Part shown: piece by piece, positions 1-11,598 of the stretch
Numbering within the stretch: the first letter of the stretch is position 1
Layout of the letters: each line of letters starts with the position of its first letter
DNA from: Protoeuglena noctilucae
Taxonomy: Eukaryota
Assembly: GCA_958009085.1 (NCBI GenBank)
Contig: OY253686.1
Span: forward strand, 186,001 to 250,000
Reading direction: 5' to 3'
Length of the DNA: 64,000 nucleotides
Position numbers and translations under genes: made by a program
Notes under the pieces: generated by a model
What the model saw: only the letters and a program-made list of their open reading frames with translations
Database searches by the model: none
Told to the model about the DNA's origin: nothing

Positions 1-509
1 GAGTGCGCTCTGTCCGTCCCCTGCCGGGCGACCGTGCGATGGCATTCATTCGTCTATACAGGTCATTTGGCACGCGCGGCTGCACGTTTGCAGGCCGCTC
101 GGCGCGGGTTTTGCGAGCGCCCTGGGTGTCTGCCAAGTTGACCCTCCGAGCAAGGGGAATCTGGGGCCTTGTTTGCGTCCTATTGTCGTATACTTGATAT
201 CTTTTTTCCCCCGGACGCGTGGCTGTTGGCGAAAGGGCGTCCCCACGCCGCAAGGCGCCAATGACCTTCCGCATGCGCGCGGTCCCTGATCGATGTCGAG
301 CACCGATGTTTCTCCCTTCCCAGCGCATGCATGGCGCCTCATTCACTGACTCGCTTGCGCATGCGCCGGCCGGCGCGTGCGGGGCGCGTCACGCCCACCA
401 CCTTCTGGCGCATGGCGGCGCTCGTTTGCCGAGCAGCCGCGTCCCTCGCATCCAATTTTACGCCCAATTCCAACTTCAATGTCCCGGAACCTGCTGGACT
501 GCGACCGAC

Positions 510-2564
510 ATGTCTTGCGTCGTAACGCGCAGAGAGGCGGGCGCGCCGAGCTGGGACCTGGAGGCGGTCATGGTGGCGCTGGCCGAGGAGCGTCTCGCGG
601 CATTCGACGGCGCTGACCTTGGTGAGACGCACGGCGCGGTGCCTCGATCGGCCCCCCAGCCGCGTCGGATCCCGAGCGCTCGAGGAACTTTGCCCGGCTT
701 CTGCGCTGCAGGCACCCGCCGGCCGTCCCTGCCCTCCCCGGGCACCCCGGACCATCGATGGCAGACATGGAGACATCTCGACTCGGTGGCTGTGTGCAAC
801 AGCGATCCTGCCGGAGCCCCGGGCGCGAGTCCGTCGTCCCCCGCCCTCCCCCGCAACAACAAGAAAATTCACCCGTTCGACGATCCGGGGGCGCCGCCCG
901 ACTCGCCACAGGTGAGACTATTTATGTCTAGGTCTGTCCGGGGCGCACCGGGCGGTCGGCACGCCTCGGCGGCGCGAAATGCCCTGCACTCCCGCCTCTG
1001 TGCTTGCAGGGCGCCAGGCCGCGCCGGTGGTCCCTGCACCTGCCCGCCTTCTCTCGCCTGTTCCGGACGCCCAGCGACGCCCTCGTGGTGCCCTCCTCCG
1101 GCGCCGACTCGCCCCGGTCGCCCGCCCAGCGCCGCGCCCCGGCCCTCACCGCCCAGCCCGACGGACTGTGGGACGCCTCCGGCCACGCCGCCCCCCGCCC
1201 GGCCGCGGGCGCGCGGCGCGGCTCCGCCGATGCGTCCGCGTCCTCTATGCGATTCGTGCCCAGCGGCCACAGCTCCCGCACGCTCTTCCACGAGAGTGCG
1301 AGCGACGTGTCGTCCTTCCCTGCTGCCGGCACCTCGCCCCCGGGGCTGTCGTGGGCGGCGGAGGCTCGCCGAGGTGAGAACCTGCTCTCGCTGCGCCGCC
1401 GCCGACGCCCCCGGCTCGCGTTCCCTCTTTGGGAAGTGGATGTGAACCCCACTTGTGTCCATGCCGCCCGCCTGCACACCTGCTGACTACGACCCCTCGC
1501 CCCCTCTCCCGCAGCTGCCCCAGCGACGCGCGAGGGCGTCCGGGCGCTGCAGACGAAGGAGTTGGCGGTGACCGCGCTCCCCTGGGCCCAACCCGACCGC
1601 CACCCTGCCAAGGCGGACAGCAGCAAGACCGACCGCACCGTGGCTAACTCGTCCGGCAGCTCTGCCGGCGAGCCCACGGACCTGGCGGCGGCCAAGAGCC
1701 CGAGCGCGTTCGAGGACGCGGGGATGTTCGAGGTCGCGCGGGTACCTCAGGAGCCCCGGACCAGCGACGGCAGCGCGTCGAGCCACGGCGGGGGCGGCGG
1801 GGCGAGGCGCCTGGCCCGCCACAGCTCCCACGAGGCGCTGAGCGACGCCTCGAGCCTGCTCAGCTCGCGGTCCTCCAGCGACGACGACACCGCGCCCGTC
1901 GCAGCTGCCGCGAGCGCCACGGGGCGCCGGGCGGCGGCCACGCGCGTCCGGGGCGGCCCGCCCAGGCACTCCGGCGACGGCAGCGACGGCGGCGGCGCCG
2001 CGCCGTCCCCCCGGGGCTTCCCGCGGGGCCTNNNNNNNNNNNNNNNNNNNNNNNNNNNNNNNNNNNNNNNNNNNNNNNNNNNNNNNNNNNNNNNNNNNNN
2101 NNNNNNNNNNNNNNNNNNNNNNNNNNNNNNNNNNNNNNNNNNNNNNNNNNNNNNNNNNNNNNNNNNNNNNNNNNNNNNNNNNNNNNNNNNNNNNNNNNNN
2201 NNNNNNNNNNNNNNNNNNNNNNNNNNNNNNNTCGCTGCCGCGCATCCCAGAGGAGGAGGCGGCGGGAGAGGTGAGGATGCGCGCGAGGGTGATGGGAATG
2301 GGGTGGTTGAGGTTGATTGCGGTTGACGACCGATGAGCCTCCTGCGCGTGTGCTGGGTGTGGGTGTGGGTGTGCGTATGGGTGTGCGTATGGGTGTGGAT
2401 GTGCGTGCTTGCAAAGACATTGCTGTACACCCCACGTCTCGCTCCCTCCCCCGCAGCTGCCCCGCAACGCGAGCATGCCCGAGGAGACCGACGGAGACCT
2501 CTTCACCTGCCCCATGGATGCCTACGTGCGCAACAAGAGCGACCCAGGCAACCTTGCCGTGTGA
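510..2564 (+). CDS. Multi-exon, Ser/Ala/Pro-rich hypothetical protein, interrupted by the assembly gap
   Basis: In-frame GT-AG chain from MSCVVTRRE (510) through exons near 711-910, 1010-1373 and 1515-gap, then SLPRIPEEEAAGE|LPRNASM...GNLAV*. No recognisable domain. Confidence 0.45.
2032..2231. other. Assembly gap (200 N)
   Basis: Run of N. Confidence 1.
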
Positions 2565-3891
2565 CCTGCCAGCAACACCGGCCACCTCGCTGTGTGACCT
2601 GCCAGCGGGTGCTCCCGCACGCCGCGCGCCCCCGCCGTGGGCGCGCCGTGCCTTTTTCTCGCTTTTCTGCCCCAACAAAGGGTCAAACGGCGCGCCTATC
2701 GCCGCCTCCCGGCCGACCCACGACATGTCCCTGCGAGTTTCGAGCCCCTTCCTGACCCCATAGTCTGACATGACACATGACGTGCTTTTTCCCACGGGGG
2801 GGTGTGCTGCACCTTTCTTGACTGCCACCCGGGACGCAGCCCCCGCTGCTGCCTGCGGCCACGTCCGCACACAACAGGCCCGCAGTAGCTTCTAGATTCC
2901 CGCTCTCGTCGTTTCTGGCCCCTCCCATCCTCCGGCTACCGATCGCCCGCGACCCCACCGCCGCTCCGCCGAGCCCCTGCCGCCACCCCTCACGCGCCTC
3001 CCGCCGCCACCCCGCCTTTCCACGTCTCCCCGTCGCCCGGCGGACCCAGAGCGGTCGCTTTAGCATCGTTAGCCCTCCCCTCTGTGCGCCAGCCGGCTGC
3101 CCTCTGCCCCGTCCCTCCCTTCCTCGGGCACGGCAGGCCCATCCCGCCAGAGCCAACCCCTTCCCTTTGCGCATTCGCCTCGTTACCTGGCCGCTATCCC
3201 TAGGACCTCCGATTGACGTAGGCTAGCCAGGTGGTCTCGGTTTTTACGACCCAGTCCCCATCTATCTCGGACACCATCGCCTGGGCAGGCCCGCTTCGGC
3301 AGGGCCTGACTCGACTTTTCCTCCTCCCGTCGATTCCCCGACGATGCCGCCGGCACCCCGTCGGGGTACGTGACTCCTCTCTATGTCTTCCCGCGCCTCT
3401 AGGCCCACGCGGCCACTCAGCGCCCACGTGCCGCAAGCCGGCCCCCCCAGTTGGCCCCAGTTCATGGCCCCAGTTGCTGCCGCGCCGTAGATAGTGCTGG
3501 CTTAAACGCGCTGGCCCAGCATCGACCATCGGGCTTTCTTGAATCTCCAGGGTTGCATGCAGATGTGCGCTGGCAGACGAGCGTGGCGTCTGTTTGCAAC
3601 GTCGCGAGAGGCAGCAGCGTAGCAGGGAGTGCTTCAAACGCGCAGTGATGAATTCCAGAAGCCATGCGCGATGCCAGAATGAGAATGAAACGGCCCGAGG
3701 TGCACATCTGGCATATCCGGGCTGTGCAACGTACATGCAATGGGAGCCATGCCGCAGGCCAAGCAATGCTGCCGCGCTAAAAGGTAACCATCATAAATGC
3801 CACCGGTGATGTCTAACGAAACCATAGGCCTCTGCAAACGCCAACCAAGTCCACCTCAGCCGTCCAGTTCTCCTCACCCCCCTCGCCAACC

Positions 3892-5966
3892 CTACAACGC
3901 ACCCGCACACTGTGCCACTCCCACGCCCTGCGCCGCACCCGCAGCCTGGCCAGCACCCTGCGCTGCACCCTCCGTCACACCCTGCGCTGCCCCCCCGCTA
4001 CCCTCGCCCTGCGCTGCCACCACACCCTGGGCCGCACCCGCACCTGCACCCTCCGTCGCTCCCGCACCCTGTGCACCCTGCGCCGCGCCCCCACTCCCCT
4101 CACCCTGTGCCACCCCTGCACCCTCCGCAGCACCCTGCACTGCACTCCCACTCCCCTCACCCTGCGCACCCGCCCCCGCCCCCGCACCCGTCGCCACCCC
4201 CGCGCGCCGCTTGGCCCCAAAGGGCGCGTCCGGGTCCGTCGCGGCGTACTTGCGCGCGATCGCTGCCTTGGCCTGGTGCGACCGCACCACGGGGTCGTCT
4301 GCGACCTCGTCGTACAGCTCAGACGCCGAGCACTTGAGCAAGTCGCCCACGAAGTACCGGTGCTGCCGCCGGGCGTCCATCAGAGCCTGGTACTCCACCT
4401 TGTGCTTGGCGAAGATCCACTTCATCTCCTCCATGTCGACCGCAATCGACTCGGCGTCAGATGCACCGCCCCCGTGCACCAGGAAGTCCTTGCACAGCCG
4501 CGAGTCGGACCGCAGCTCGCACCCGCGCGCCGCCAGCGCCGCGGTCAGCTGCGCGTACCGCTCCCCGAATCCCATTGGACCAGTCCCCTCCACGAACTTG
4601 CGTGCTGCCTCCGGGACCTTCTGCATCGCCTCCCGCGGCACCTGCTCCGCCCGGGGCCGCCGCCGCTCGGCCTCCCGCATCGTGACCTCGAACGACGGGA
4701 TGGCCAGCGGGGCACGGGGCCTGTACTCGCCGTACATCCCGTACCGACGGTACCCGCGATAGTCGTCGTAATCGTCATCCATGTACTCGTCCGGGTAGCG
4801 CATGCGCCTTAGCCAGTCCGACATGAAGAGGCGGGTGTTGGAGTACACCACCTCGTAGACGCGGATGGCCTCCTCGACGCCCTTGATGCCCCCGCGGCCG
4901 TTGCGGAGGTAGTCCTCGGCGGCCGCGTCGACAATGCGGGCGAAGAGGTTGGGGCGCGAGGCCTTGAGCTTGGCGACGCGCTCGGCCCGCTGCTGCCGGG
5001 CGTTGCCGGTGCGGGGGCGCGGGCGGGCGCGGGACTTGGTGCCGTGCTTGAGGATCGCCACGTCCTCGACGTGCTTGCGCGAGTAGAGCGTCATGGTGAC
5101 GTCGTAGGTCGAGTGCTGCTTGCGCTGGTAGGGCAGGCCGCGCAGGTCGGCGTCGTTGAGGTGGTAGCACTGGTGGCAGTCGCTGCGGGGTAAGGGCGGT
5201 TGTGAAAGGTGGGCGGACCGACGAGTCTCAATGATACACAGCGGCGACGCTCAGCAGCAGCACACAGCAATGCTCGTGCTCATCGCGCACCCAACAGGCG
5301 CACCATACTGCCACCCCAGTAGTGAACCCGCCGCCAGCACCCACACAACCCTCACCTCCGCACCACCCAAGAGTTGAACCTCCCCGGCGTGGGAATCGGG
5401 TGGTCTTCCCACTCCCACCGCTCCACGAGAGTGCCTGCCTTGTAAGCCTTGACCCGCGCCTCCCGCTCCTCCACCGCATGCTCCCGCACCAGCCGCGACA
5501 CCCCCGCAAGCGCCAGCAGCACGCGCGGGGACGCGAACGGCGCCACCAGCGTCAGCACACGCTCCGCCTGGTCGGGGGGCTGCGGGGGGGTGGAGGAGGG
5601 GTGCTTGTGGGGTGTGAGGTGGAAAGCCTCGGTGCGCTAAGCGATGGTCGGGAGATGAGTCCAACAAGGCACTCTCACCACGCGCATCGGCACGGGCGGC
5701 GCGCGGGGCTTCCTGGCGCGTTTGCGGGCCGGCGCGGGCTCGGGTTCCGGCTCCGGCTCCGACTCGGACTCGGGCGAGGCCGCGCGCTTCTTCCCGCGCC
5801 CTCCGCCGCGCCCGCCCGCCGGCGATGCATCGTGCGCCTTGATCTGGTGGGGCAGCCTGCCCGTCACCGACCGCGTCCGCATGCGCGGCGCCGTCGACTG
5901 CGCGGCTTGCTCCGTCTTCTCTGCCTCCGCCTTGTCGGCGGCTCCGGCACGCGCCTTGCGCGGCAT
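3892..5966 (-). CDS. F-box-like + XPA-C-terminal-like + 'LRSDSRLC' motif protein with Gly/Ala-rich repeat tail (3 exons)
   Basis: Exon 1 MPRKARAG...KKRAAS...RKRARK (NLS-like). Exon 2 PPDQAERVLTLVAPFASPRVLLALAGVSRLVREHA (F-box-like). Exon 3 VVRSDCHQCYHLNDADLRGLPYQRKQHSTYDVTMTLYSRKHVEDVAILKHG (XPA_C-like), then LAARGCELRSDSRLCKDF. Splice phases are consistent. Confidence 0.65.
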
Positions 5967-6292
5967 GGCGCCCGCGAGAGGCTCCGCTTCCGCTGCAGCG
6001 AGCACCTGCACCCACGACGGTCGCGCGGCCGCTCTAGATGCAGTTGGGGCAACCAACGCATCGTACAACCAACGATACAGCTGGCGCGACGTGCGCGCTT
6101 ACCCAAGGGGCCGCGCGGGCGCGGGATGCGGGCTCCAACCGACCCGCCTCGGGCTTCACGAGAAAGGGTCCGCTGGCGACGACGAGGCCCTCGATGCACC
6201 GATGTCGTGCGCGGAATGCTTCCGGTGTTATGAACGGACCATCCGAGCCACGGAAAGCCGAGGGCCTGGATGCTCGCGCGTCGGTGCGAGCG

Positions 6293-7737
6293 TCAGAGGG
6301 GCATCCCGACGCCCGTCTGCCGCTCCCACATCTCCCACAGCTTCCGCTGGACGTCCTCATCGTACGACACCCCCGGAGACTGCAAGTGCGCACAATTGGC
6401 TCCGGATAACGGTGCAGAACGCGTACACCGTCGGCGAGCCTCATCTCGGAGCTCACCCTGGTCTCCCTGTTGGACACGAAGTACTTGCCGGTGACGCTGG
6501 CGACGGAGGGGGACGTGGCCAGGAAGAACTCGTTACCCGCGTCCTCCACCTGTTGAGCGACAAACGCGGCAGCACTCAACGCATGGCGAGCGGTGGCAGC
6601 AGGGCGCATCGACGGCCCATGTCATCGCCCGCTCGCCTCGATGCCCATGGGACCCCACCCCGCCAGCAGCATCTTGGTGTTGACGGTGCCGGGGTCCAGC
6701 GCGTTGCACGTCACGGGTGACCCAGCTTGGGCCAGGCGCCTGGCCAGCTCGTACGTGAAGACCTGGTTGCAGAGCTTGCTGCAGGCATGGACGGGAGGCA
6801 GCTGCAGCAATGATGCTTTTATTACAAGCTTCACCTGCCGCATGAGTATCTCCATTCCTAACAACGCATGCAGCTCGCCGCTTGCCTGCAAGAGTACGCC
6901 TCGTGCCCCCGCGCCTCGTGAAGCCTCTCCGACACCACGATGCGACTCGATGCCGACAGCGACGCCACGTTGACGATGCGCTCGCGGACGGAGCCCAAGA
7001 GGTGCGCGGTGAGGGCGAACGGGGCCAACACATTGACCTGTGGCCGCGTGGGCATGGTGGGTGGAAAGCGCCCGAGTGGCTGACAGCCAGGCATATAGGG
7101 AAGTGCTCTCACCGCCCACGTCAGCCCGTAGCCGTCCAGGCTCTTCTCTGGACCCTGCAGGTGCAGTGCGTCTGAGTCTCGCCATCACGTGGTGGCATCG
7201 ACCAGGCCCCGCTCTTGCTGCATGCGGCCAGCGCTCGCCTCGTGGAAGACGCCTGCGTTGTTGATCAGGCACGAGATGCCTTCCGGAAAGTCCCGTTTTA
7301 CGTCGTCCGCTGCGGAACGAGAGCGGCCTGCCTGGGCTCTGCTGGGCATTCATTCGCACTAGAAGAGGCGCCGTCGTGCTCATTGCTTCAAGTAAAACCT
7401 CACCCAATCGACGGACCTCGTCCAGGCTCGCGAAATCGCGCACGTAGCCCCGGACAGGCCCCTGAAGCCCCGCCGACACGTGCGCCACGGCCGCGTCGAC
7501 GCGCGATGCCGACCTGCCGTGGACGAGCACCGTCGCCCCGTGCTCCGCAAGCAGCCGCGCCGTGTGACGGCCGATGCCTGCGTCGACGAGGCCCGCGGAA
7601 CGATTGGCATCAAGCGAGCCTTCGCCACCGCCACGCCCCGCCGGCGCCTTCCCACCGTCTGTGCTGCCAGTGACCAAGAACGTCTTGCCGGACAGATCGG
7701 GCGGCGCATCGCGCGTGGATCGGGCGCGCACTGCCAT
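6293..7737 (-). CDS. Short-chain dehydrogenase/reductase (retinol dehydrogenase-like), multi-exon; start uncertain
   Basis: DLSGKTFLVTGSTDG|IGRHTA (TGxxxGIG), NNAGVF, VNVLAPF, RIVNVAS, AYS|SKLCN, NALDPGTVNTKML, TGKYFV, YDEDVQRKLWE. Confidence 0.9.
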
Positions 7738-8671
7738 CCGGGTCTGGGGAGGTGCAACACAAGCCTGTCCGTGCATCGCTCCACTGGCGGCGGTGGGTTT
7801 GGCATGGACGGATGTACTGTGGGAGAGGTCCGGTGGCGTGTATCATCTGCGCAGAGCAAAGGCCTTTCTTGCGAGACAGTCTGTCGCCAGTGTGGCGGGG
7901 TGGCGAAAGAGAGCCGCGAGCCCAGCGTGCGCCCGAGCAATTTCGATAGCACTTAGCATTTCCTCATCCCCAGACCCGCTTGAAGGAGTACAGGAAAGTG
8001 TAGTGGTGACATTTCATTGCAAGCTGGAGACGAAAAGTGACGTTGTCTCAGGTGAGCTGCTGACACAAAGATTCATAATGAGTGGCAAGAAGGCTGTTGA
8101 GGCGTAGCGGAACACAGGTGCTACCAGATGGCAGGTGAGGTCGACGCCGGTCTGTTCGGTGCTAATTGTCGGTATTTTTCGGACTCAAACGCAAAAAAAG
8201 AGTGTTTCAGCTAGATACACGCTTCGGTAGTCCCTAATTCCCTTCCTTATGACCCGGGGCGACGACAAGGTGGCTGCACATGTCTGCGTCCCTGCGACCG
8301 CTGCTCCGCGCGTGGGGGCTCACCGTCCAAGCGAGACGGCTAGTTTCGCATATGGAGCACGGGGCAGGGCATACCTTAGGCTATAGCTGTGTGTAGTTTG
8401 CAAAAAATGGCAAAGCACCATGGACACTTATACAGAGACAGGTTGACCCGCCACAGGTGACACCGCGTTCCTTTCTTCTTTGTGCGAAAGTTTTGTACGT
8501 TTTGACAGTGGCGCTTGTCCGCACGGGCTTGGATTCCCTTGCGTTATGCATCCAAAGCTCGGCTATAGCATGCATTGTCTCTACTCGCACCACGCTCGGT
8601 GTCGCGCCACTTTGCAGGTATTGATGGACTAATCTGGACTAACTGTCACGTGCTGTACGTGCAGGTGACAG

Positions 8672-10731
8672 ATGGCGGGCCAGGGCGATGGAAAGGGCTG
8701 GTCCCTCCTGGACCGCATCTGTGATGCCCAGCCGCCGAGCTTGGAGCGCGTGGCGGGCCAAGAGACCGCCCGGCTGTTTCTGAAGAACTGCGGCACCCTG
8801 GTGAAGATGGGGGACAAAGAGGTGGAAGTGAAGATTGGAGAGGAGGTAAAAAGAAAGAAGGAGAAGACCATGACTTTCGGCAACGCCGTGGGCAAGTACC
8901 TCCAAATCGGCAGCTCCGATGCAGAGAGAAACATCTATGGAGATATCGTGGTCCTCACGGCAAGTGCTGAGGGTGGCAGCGTGTTGCTGGCCTTTGGCTG
9001 TCATGCACCTTCATAAGCTGTGGGACGCTTTGTTCTGCGCGTGCAGGAGACCCACATGACTGACGACGTGTCTCCCGTAAGTGATCTCATCGGAGAAGGC
9101 CAAGCCCTGGGGATCAAAGTGAAGAAGTCCGGTCCCAAGTACAATTTCTCGATGGCGTTCTCAGGTGCGCTGCTGCACCGCATCTTACAGGCAGGCTTGG
9201 CCTCACTACGCCTACCTATGCATTGGATCTAAGGTCATATCCAGGTGGGGATGCCCACATGCCAGAGATACAAGCCTGCCTGACAGCATCAATAGCACCT
9301 GGCATTCACATGCTTGCTGCGCCGAGTTCGTTTGACACCGTCGTTCTTTGGGTGCGCTTTGTTATGAAATGCCGCTCTCCTCCAACACAGGGGACTATCG
9401 CCACGGGGTCCTTGGCCGCATCACTCCGGTGGGGAGGGCCAAGGGCTTGAGCTTCTGGCATTCCAACAATGCCAACGGCAACGGCAAGATGGACCTGTTT
9501 TGCGGGCTTTCGAGAAAAACTCCTGATTCGGTCGGCAACAAGCTGAGGGGATGCGCCGAGTGGTCCATGCTTCGGGTCGACGGGAAGAACGTAGCGGTCC
9601 TCATTGCCGTGTACCTGAACAACAAACTTCACCATTCAGAGGTACAACAACTGACTTCTGAACTCACGAGGCAGCTGCAGCTTCTAAAGGACAAACTTCA
9701 AGACGCCTACCCCGGGAACATCATCTTTGCTGGGGATTTCAACAGCCACGGTAAATTCACGGGGAGGCCAGGTTTGAGGTCAACAACATCCCAGGCATTC
9801 TTGCGCGAGTTCATCGAGGAGCACAACCTGGTCGACGTTCTGCAGTATGCGGCCAAGGGGTATGTGGATGACGGTGGATTTGACCCTTACTGGACTGCGG
9901 GCCCAGTCACGGTGAGGAGCACACAGATGTCTTTGCCATGGTCAAGGCTTACTTTTAGTCACTTCCCTGCTTTACAGTTTACATTTCCCAATCGCAGGGC
10001 AACAGAAATTACATCGACCGCGTCTACGTTTCAAAGCCCCTGCTCCCGGCTGTGAAGCGTGCGGGACTGGAGGCCGCATGCGCAGACGAGGCAGGCGATG
10101 CAGACGAGGCAGACAAGGCAGACGAAACATATTCGAAGCTTTTTACCTCAGAGGTAGGTCTGGAGTCCGGGCAGACCCACGCTTGGCCTGCAAAGCAGGT
10201 TATCAGGTCATGCGACCCCTGGATTGTGCTTTGCAGGCCAACCATGCCGCCTTTGTGGGCATCCCGGCCGGCAGCCCCCAGGGACACGTCGCATCCGAGC
10301 TTGTCCAGGCATTTGAAGAGAAGGACCCGAGTCGGCCGGGGCAGCGCCGGTTTCCAGTGATTTTGCCGGGCGACAAGACTCACACCGGGGTGTTCGTCGA
10401 CTTCAACCTGGACAAGCTCCGCAGCCTCGGGGTGGACAGCAAGCAGAAGGGCAACCCCTCCAAGGCGGCTTCCAAGGCAGGACCCAAGGCAGCGGAGACC
10501 AACGAGACCAAGCCCGACGCTGAGTCTGTCACCGAGCTCGACAACGGTGTAGTGAACATGGCCATCAAAGAGGACAAGCCCGAACCGAGCAAGGCCGGAT
10601 CCTCGACTTCAGCTGGGACCTCAGCTCCTAGCGGGCCTTCTGCATCTGCGAAGAAGTGCTCGTACTGCGGTGAGCCAGGGCACAACATCACGAGGTGCCC
10701 CAAGCGCTTGGCAGAGTCTGCGGGCAAGTAA
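8672..10731 (+). CDS. Exonuclease-endonuclease-phosphatase (APE/DNase I-like) domain protein with C-terminal CCHC zinc knuckle, 5 exons
   Basis: Spliced product has LKNCGTL, DIVVLT|ETH (GC-AG intron 8960-9046), IAVYLN, IFAGDFN, YWT...NYIDRVYVS, THTGVFVDF and CSYCGEPGHNITRC. No RT domain. Confidence 0.75.
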
Positions 10732-11199
10732 CGGCCAGAAGGACAATAAGTTGCCCTAGTACGCCATTGTGCACGGTTGCAGTAGCACGGCGTTGATAAT
10801 GCTCGTGTGCGTTCAAGTGTAAGTCGCAACCCATCGCTTGTGAGTGTCGCTGCTTCTGTGCCATGGCGACCCACCTCACCCCTGTCAGTCACCGGCACCT
10901 TCGACTGCTCTGCTGTGAAGGCTTCATGAAATCTCAGACGCTTGGTCACCTCCACGTGCACCTGTGCGTGACCCTCGCGCCATCCATGGCCATGCTTCAG
11001 CGAAACACTGAAGACAAGGTATGGGAACTGGCCACAGCAACACATGATGACTGCCACGCCCACGTCGCACAAAGGAGCAGTACCGGCGATATAGAGCGCA
11101 TCTCGATCCGGGGCAGCCGCATGGAAGGAGGGCCGGGCAGAGCATGCAAGTCAACAGGCAGCTGCCCTCGCAGCCCCTTGCCGCCTGCTAGGTCACTGA

Positions 11200-11440
11200 C
11201 CTGCGCCGTGTGCCGGCCGATGCCTGCGTCACCGCATAACGAGCTGCGATAGCGTGCCCCCGCTGGCAACAGGTGAGCAGTCAGCCTGTCCGTGCATCGC
11301 CAGTGAGTGTGGCACGGACGGATGTGCGGTGGGAGGGGCCCGGCGGCGAGATCATCTGCGCCTTTCTTGCGAGCCAGTCTGTGCGCAACTGGCAGTGTGG
11401 ATTTCGAAATCCAAGAGCCCAGCGCGCGCCCCGAGCATTT
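11200..11440 (-). pseudogene. Degenerate duplicate of the 5' part of the SDR gene
   Basis: Similar to 7560-7943 (ggccgatgcctgcgtc; agcctgtccgtgcatcgc...ggacggatgt...atcatctgcgc...cctttcttgcgag...agcccagcg...ccgagca); GIGRHTA is retained. Confidence 0.7.
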
Positions 11441-11598
11441 ATGACAGCAGCTGGCGTTCGTAGCTCGCGTTCCAAACCAGTGGTCTCGCGGGGGCCGTCG
11501 GGTATTGCACGCGTCGGCTTTGCTGAACCGCGCAGGGCGCGTTTGAGGAGCGGGTACCCATCACTTGGGCAACATATCACAGTACCAACGAGACGTTA

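Noticed and set aside
3000..3530. TTWLAYVNRR, weakly like a DIRS RNase H motif
   Set aside because: One short motif only; no RT, recombinase or termini recognisable.
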